From NCBI RefSeq assembly GCF_009914755.1, contig NC_060931.1: DNA of 64,000 nt; one strand, written 5' to 3'. The translations under genes were made by a program, and so were the position numbers. Of this stretch, positions 56,602 to 64,000 are shown one piece after another. The stretch comes from the human T2T-CHM13v2.0 reference genome, Homo sapiens. Each line of letters starts with the position of its first letter. Position 1 is the stretch's first letter. The notes beneath the pieces were generated by a model. It ran no database searches. It was not told the origin of the DNA and saw only the letters and a list, made by a program, of their open reading frames with translations.

Positions 56602-58226
56602 TTTTTCCCATCTCCTGGGCTATATGTAAATGAAGACATCTGCTGCACATCTCATAGTAATGAAAATAGAAGCTGCCTATAAAAATAAAGCCCCCACATG
56701 CTACCATTGTATTGAGTACCTCGTGGGGTCATCACAATGAGCTTTAGAGCTAACTTCCATGTCTACCCTTCCTCTTAACCACTATTTATGCTTTAGTTTT
56801 ACTTTTGGGGGACTTATTTAACAATTTCCCATTCCTTGTCCCCATATGAAAAGGACAGTCCTACCCCATCAGCCTGTGGCTTCAGGCAAACAGCAGCAGC
56901 TCCGAGGCTGTCATATGAAAGCCATCACTTCTTCCTGGCAGTGTTGGCCTGAGAAGAGCTGTAGCATTTATAATGGCCCAGCACACAGTAGGTGCTGGAA
57001 ATTCTGTATTTATTATCACTATTAACTCCTTTCCTAGAATATGGAGATGAGTTACTGTGTGTTCTGTTCCTGAGAGCAGTGTCTCTGATCTTCAGAGATC
57101 ATTCGTCTCGGGTGTTCATTCTCAATTTGGTAAAGGACCGCCATGCACGATTGCGTCATCCTTCCTTTACATTCTTTCCAGTTTTTTATCTTCAGTCGTT
57201 GACAGTCAGTTGTGTTCTCTGGGCTACTCTTAGTAATTTCTAATATGTCATAGTAGGTTGTCTCTTAAATCAGAAGTGATTTTTTGTCACCTCTTATACA
57301 ATTTTAATTACAGATTTGATAGTCATTTTACCTTATATATATAAATATTTTTCATGTGCACACATCATTTTATAAGAACTCTTGAAGATAAAGGCCCACT
57401 GAAAGTGTTGGTGGTCTCAGCCCATTGAACTGGACGAGAACTGGCCCAGGTTGCTGGAAACAAGTGAAGCAACCATTACAATGTGCCTTGTGTTATCTTG
57501 TAAAGTAGCCAGTGAAGGTTAAGTTTCAGCGTTCAGTGCTCAGGTGTTCAAATGCTGCAGCCTTCAGCTTCATGGAAAAAGGAAACGAAAAATAACAAAA
57601 AGCAAGTGACCAAGAGCAGTCGGGGCAGGGAGACCTGATCAAACAAGTTCCTCAGTTTCTAATTCAGTGTCTCCCACAGAGAGATGGAACTTTACAAGGC
57701 AGATTCATAGCTCTGTCCCACTGGACGTTGGGTCCGCTGCCCTGTGGCCATCCCACCTCCCCACAAATACTGTTTTTTGTTTTATCCTTGGTTCATCCCA
57801 ACTGCTGCCTCCTCGTCCTGAGCCCTCATCGCTCGGAACGCCCCGCTCTGATCCCCGTGTCTGCTTTTCTGAGCACACTCTTGCCCGCCCCCGCATGTCC
57901 TGCCCGTTCCTACTGGTTCCCTCTGCCTTGCTTAAAATGTGCCAGTTTTTCAAAGCCTAGCTGAAGCTTTCTTCCAATTTCTTTGGTCTTCTCTAAACCT
58001 CTATTGTATGTTTAAACAACACCATCTAAGAGATCAAGAAGAACAGAAGTATGAATGCTATTCTAGCTTGTATATTACAAATGTGGTTTTTCCTTTGGGG
58101 CTTTTAAGATGATCTCAGATGATTTCAATAGCAAATTCACTTAAGCTGAATATCTGTGAAGAAACTGATAAGTAAAACTGATTTTTTATTTTTTGCAGGG
58201 GTGGTAGTTGAGAACAAACTGTATAA

Positions 58227-58355
58227 GTTGTTTTTTATTTTTATTTAGAGACAGGGTTTCGTTATATTGCCCAGGCTGGCCTCAAATTCCTGGGCTGAAG
58301 CGAACCTCCCACCTCAGCCTCCCAGTTAGCTGGGATTATAGGCAAGAGCCATAGG
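58227..58355 (-). mobile_element. FLAM-type Alu monomer
   Basis: Single monomer with T-rich tail. Confidence 0.8.
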
Positions 58356-58413
58356 CTAGGGCAGTGGCTTTCAGACTTTTCCTCAACCACAATAAGAAAT
58401 ATCTTCTAAGCAA

Positions 58414-59358
58414 TGTTGACAGAAAAACCAAACTCTGTAAAGTATTTTAAAGAAGTTGACTCTGACTGATACGAGTGACTGCAGGCCAGGAAACCCACTC
58501 TCAAGGAGTCCTGAGAAAGTGCACCCCGGGCGGTTGGATTACGGTTTGGTTTCATACATTTTAGGGAGGCAGGAGTTACAGGCAAAGACATCAGTCAGTA
58601 CATGGAAGTTATACATTGGTTTGGCCAGAAAGGCGTGATATCTTGAAGTGGGGGTTTACAGATTGTAGGTGGATTCAGAGATTCTTTATTTGCAGTTGGT
58701 TAAAGGAGTAGGGCTCTATCTAAATACTGGAGTCAGCAGAAGGGAATCTCTAAGTTGAGGATGCTGCGCAGCAAGACTGATGGCCTGCGGCATGACTGTC
58801 CCTTGCCGGGCATGGCCTTAGGTCTTGTTTGTACTTTGGTTTCTTACTGCCTCAGACTGCCGTCAGCCTTATCACTTTTAAAGGAATACTGGTCACTTCA
58901 GCTTAAACTCCAGCAAGGAGTGGGCATAAGGGGCATCTCACCTTTCTTCCCATCGTGGCCAGAAATTCCATTGTTAAGGTTTTCCTAGGGCCCCCTTGGC
59001 CAAGAGGGGGTTCGTTCTGTTGCTGGGGGCCTTAGGATTTTTTTTTTTTTTTGAGACGGAGTCTCGCTCAGCTGCCCAGGCTGGAGTGCAGTGGCACGAT
59101 CTTGGCTCACTGCAACCATCGTTTCCCGAGTTCAAGCAATTCTCCTATCTCAACCTCTTGAGTAGCTGGGATTACAGGCACCCGCCATCATGCCCAGCTA
59201 ATTTTTGTATTTTTTAGTAGACACAGGGATTCCCCATGTTGGCCAGGCAGGTCCTGAACTCCCAGCTTCAGGTGATCTGCCTGCCTTGGCCTCCCAAAGT
59301 GCTGGGATTACAGGTGAGAGCCACCATGGCCTGGCCAGGATTTTATTTTTAGCTTACA
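58414..59358 (-). mobile_element. MER4-group ERV1 solo LTR containing an Alu
   Basis: TG...CA termini with perfect 4-bp TSD GCAA (58410-13 / 59359-62). Confidence 0.8.
59038..59336 (-). mobile_element. AluS inside the LTR
   Basis: Full dimer, TSD aggatttt. Confidence 0.93.
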
Positions 59359-60109
59359 GCAATGACCCACCACATGTATACAGTTAACAGAAACGTAACT
59401 TTCGCAAAGCAAAATCTGCTTTCACTGCAGGCACCACACTGTGTTCATTTTTATTCCACTTCGTTTCCAAAGTGCTGGGCCTACTACATTAATGTTATGG
59501 GTCACTGATGGGTTGTAGATATCAGCAGTCTGCATTATCAATAACTGCCACCTTAAACATAATACAAGTGACCGTGTTATCTGCTGAACTGTAATCTTAC
59601 CTCATTCAAGTTTCAAGTGTGGGGGTGGGGAGGAACAGATGTATACATATACGCACACACACTCAGATCATAGTGAGGTTATACTCATAATTTGTTACAT
59701 GAATAGGGATCCTATCATGTAACTCTTGCTCACTTAACTCATTTGGCCATAAACACTTGAAATCTGTAAACTCAGATCTCATGTTAAATAAATGAAGATT
59801 GAACTTACTGTAAAATAGTGTATTAGCAGTAGGTAGTAGGTGCCTATATGGGTCCATGCCCTATGTGCTTGTATGCCTGTATGGGTAGAACTCAACAGCT
59901 GTCCTTTATAATAAAGACCACTTCTTAATCATTTACCAAATGACCTCACCATTTGATGCTTTTTTTCTACCTTTCCAACTTAATAAACTCATTCTGTGAG
60001 CGATGGGAATCCTCTGAGAAATGTTAATCTACAATTTTAGAATGCCCTGCATATTTAATGGAATCCAAAAGGTTACTGAACTAGGTTATTGAATTTCACA
60101 TTACCCAGG

Positions 60110-60340
60110 TGTGATGGTTAATTTATGTGTCAACTTGACTGGGCTAAGGGATGCTCAGGTTATCTGGTTAAACATTATTGCTGGGTGTGCCTGTGGGTAT
60201 TTCCAGATGAGCTGAGCATTTGAATCAGTGGACTCAGTAAAGTGAATTGCGTGTGTACACAGGCACAGTCTCACTCTCTTGCGTGTGCTTTCTCTCTGTC
60301 TCTGCCTGACTGCTTGACCTGGGACGTTGGTTTTCTGTAG
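60110..60340 (+). mobile_element. MLT2 LTR 5' fragment
   Basis: tgtgatggttaatttatgtgtcaacttgactgggctaagggatgc. Confidence 0.8.
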
Positions 60341-60542
60341 ATACACAGAAAGGGAGGTGTACCCATATAAATAGAAATCATTTTAAAATTACAAAATTGT
60401 TGTATACAACTTTATGCAATAGAAGTGAAAATATAATTGAAATTACTTCCTGTAAAAATAGCAAACGTGGAAAGAAATTTAAAGTATGAAATGACTGAAA
60501 AAAATTATATGAGCATCTCCGTTTTTACTGAAAAGATATTAA

Positions 60543-60848
<306 letters not shown>

Positions 60849-61860
60849 TTAACAGCCATTCTTAATAATGAAAGACACTAGAACTAGAATGAAATTTCCT
60901 TGTCACATTAAAAACTATGTGTCAAATACTAAAAACACATTGTTTTAGAGAGTAAAAAACCATAAAGAAAACTAGGTTACTTACTGTCATCACACTTGAG
61001 CCAATCCTTGCCAATAACACATGAAAACAAAATATATGTGTGTGCACATATGTGTATATGTTATGCATATTATATAAATCCACACATGTATATTACAATT
61101 TTACATTATATTTATATTAAAATAAGCCAAACAAGGAATGTACCACACTGATAAGAAAAAATTTTTTCTGATGGAATAAAAGGCTTGAATAAAATGACAG
61201 ACATTTTACACTGGAATGAGTAAAAATGTCCACTTACTTTATATAAATTTAATGTAGTTTCTAACTCCCAAAGGAGTAGGATTGGCTGTGCATTTAGGAC
61301 TTTACAGGTTAACTCTAAAGTTTATCTAAAGAGGTATGAAGAGCTAATAATTTTTTTAAAAGACAGATTGATGAGATAGAACAGCCTTGTTAGATATCAA
61401 AATATATAAATTTGGCAACTAAGATTCTTGGGGAATAATAGACAAACAATGAAACAGTAGAAAGTCACACATCTCAGCATACAGGAAATTTTAGTGTACT
61501 AAAGAAGGTATTTCAGACCAGTGGAGAAAAAAATTATTTGAGAAAAATCAATTGGGAAATTGAGTTCATTCATCTGAAGGGGGTTAAAGAACACTGCTTT
61601 ATGCGTTACTGCCAAGAACATTCCACACGGATTACACTCTCAAATACATTTTAATGGATACATGAAATTAATGGAGTCAAATAGCTTCCTGGGTGCCTGC
61701 TCTCTGCCTGTGCTTTGTTAGTCAGGGGAGATAACGAGGGAACAGACAAAACACCACAATCCTAGCAGAACGTGTGCAGCTCAGAGCGGGGAGAGAGCCT
61801 GGATCTCAGATTCTGCTCCAGTGCACACGGCACATTGCGTGATTGCCACCGTGGCTTTTA

Positions 61861-62310
<450 letters not shown>

Positions 62311-64000
62311 TTAATGTTTAGGGGTTGCATCTATTTTATTGTTCTTTTTTAAAGATGTAATCAATGAGTAGAATATTTTACAGCTCAAAACTGGAAGAGC
62401 TTAATAATAAATGTGAGACAAATAATACACGGACCCTATCTTAGTAAAGAAAGTCATCATCATCCTCAGATGCCTTTAGAAAAGACTCTTTTCATCTAGC
62501 ATAATAGTATACTATTAACAAGTTTATCTAGTTTAATCTGGGCATAACATGTGAAAATGTCATTTTTCCAATGATAGAAACAGAATTGTATTGTTTTCAC
62601 CAAGAAACAAACATATGTTTCAGTAAAAAAGAGAAAATTGAACTGCTTTCCTTTAAGTACCTATAAAAATTTTAACGTAAGATTATAAGTAAAATGAGGC
62701 TTGTTAAGCTTCTAGAAATCAGATTAAGATATTTAAAATAAAAACATAACTGTGGGTCTCAGGTTCTCAACTCAGGCTTCATTTTCTCCTTACATTTGTC
62801 CTTTATATTTCCAAAAGTTCTTCAGAACTAAAAATGTGTACTAAATAAGGACCAGCTTCAGATTCATCGGTGTCTATAGGTTTCCTAGTAATACGGCCAT
62901 TAAAAATAAATTCCAAAGCCAGAATGAACAATGACTTTATCAAGGCCCCTCTGAGTGAGAGACTAGCTTTGTAATGTAGTGAAATTCCAGGCATGCCAGG
63001 TTTTTCTGCGTAGTATGGGAAGCCACCCCTGAGTCTGTTCACATGCGTTCACCTCATCACCCCTTCCATACTTCTATGTGTATGCAACTCTGAGGTTTGA
63101 ATTTTAGAAACTGGAAATCTTACAAAGCAAAATGTGTGGCAATTAATAAGATTGAATATGGCAAATTCTTAATGATCTGGGGAACAACAGTTTTTAAGTC
63201 TGGGAATAACATGTGAAACCAGCAGCTACATTTCTAAGTGGCATCTCCATTCTCACTGTTGGTGAACGTTAAACTGTTGCAAATTCATTTTATTTTTAAC
63301 CTAAAAAAACTGAAATCACAAATTACTAGGAGAAATCAATCACATGACGCACTCCAAAGTTAAAGGTACGTCAGCGTCAGCTCCCCTGACTCTCTGTCAG
63401 TGGCTGATTCTCCACTCCCACCCACCAGCCATCTCGATTCTGCACTCCAGTGCTTTTCAGTCTTCTAGACTCTGCTGAACTATGAGAGAAATCTGGGGCT
63501 TCAACAAAGTCAGTGCCAACTTTTTAAACTTACCTTACCAAGTTAGAGGAAAAAACAAAACACCACGTACCATCAGAATCATTGTGTAAAAGAAAGACCA
63601 TTTTAACACCAGAAAAGAAAAAAGTACCTGACCGCACACTAAAGGATATTCCTTTCACACTGCAGACATTTGGCCTTACACATATTTCACTCCACTGAAT
63701 TTATTCTTTCTTTCTTGGCTGGCAGATAGGTGAAAACTTGTTTGCTATACTTGGGAACCATTGGTTTCGATCAAAGATAAGTTGCCTTTGGGGAAAGAGA
63801 AGTCTAATCAATAGAAAGGAGGGCAAGGAGGGATAATAGTTTGATATTTTTAGACATAGCTGATTAGGAAGTGTTTGTTTCCCTCATATGTTTTAGGATC
63901 TCACCAAGAGGGATACGTTTTTAATACTCAGGATGAGATTAGCCCAAGCCATTCTGTTTTTATAAATTAATCTATTTTGCTTGTCGAACTTTGTTCCTAC

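Overview
Primate, almost certainly human, genomic DNA that I recognise as 7q36.3, within the distal SHH regulatory domain next to LMBR1. The only well-supported protein-coding gene is RNF32 (+ strand). Six coding exons (41592-56285) splice at GT-AG sites into 228 codons encoding the N-terminus, the first RING-H2 finger and an IQ motif; the last exons lie beyond the window. RNF32 shares a CpG-island promoter (three NRF1-type motifs, GC boxes, an RFX X-box) with the divergent RNF32-DT/C7orf13 transcript, which carries a 216-codon ORF. Upstream are two orphan CpG islands, a CACCTG-rich repeat and a repeat-free motif-dense block that is a candidate for the SHH enhancer MFCS4. A 14-kb transposon field contains a 5'-inverted L1 and a MER57-type ERV holding an MST provirus, a THE1 LTR, an Alu and a processed RPL26 pseudogene. 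The least explained observations are a perfect 37-bp inverted repeat in unique sequence, a locally templated MER5A fragment, an overlapping uORF and candidate truncating RNF32 isoforms. I found no new multi-gene system. Repeat subfamily and enhancer names come from recalled consensus sequences and literature, not from a search.
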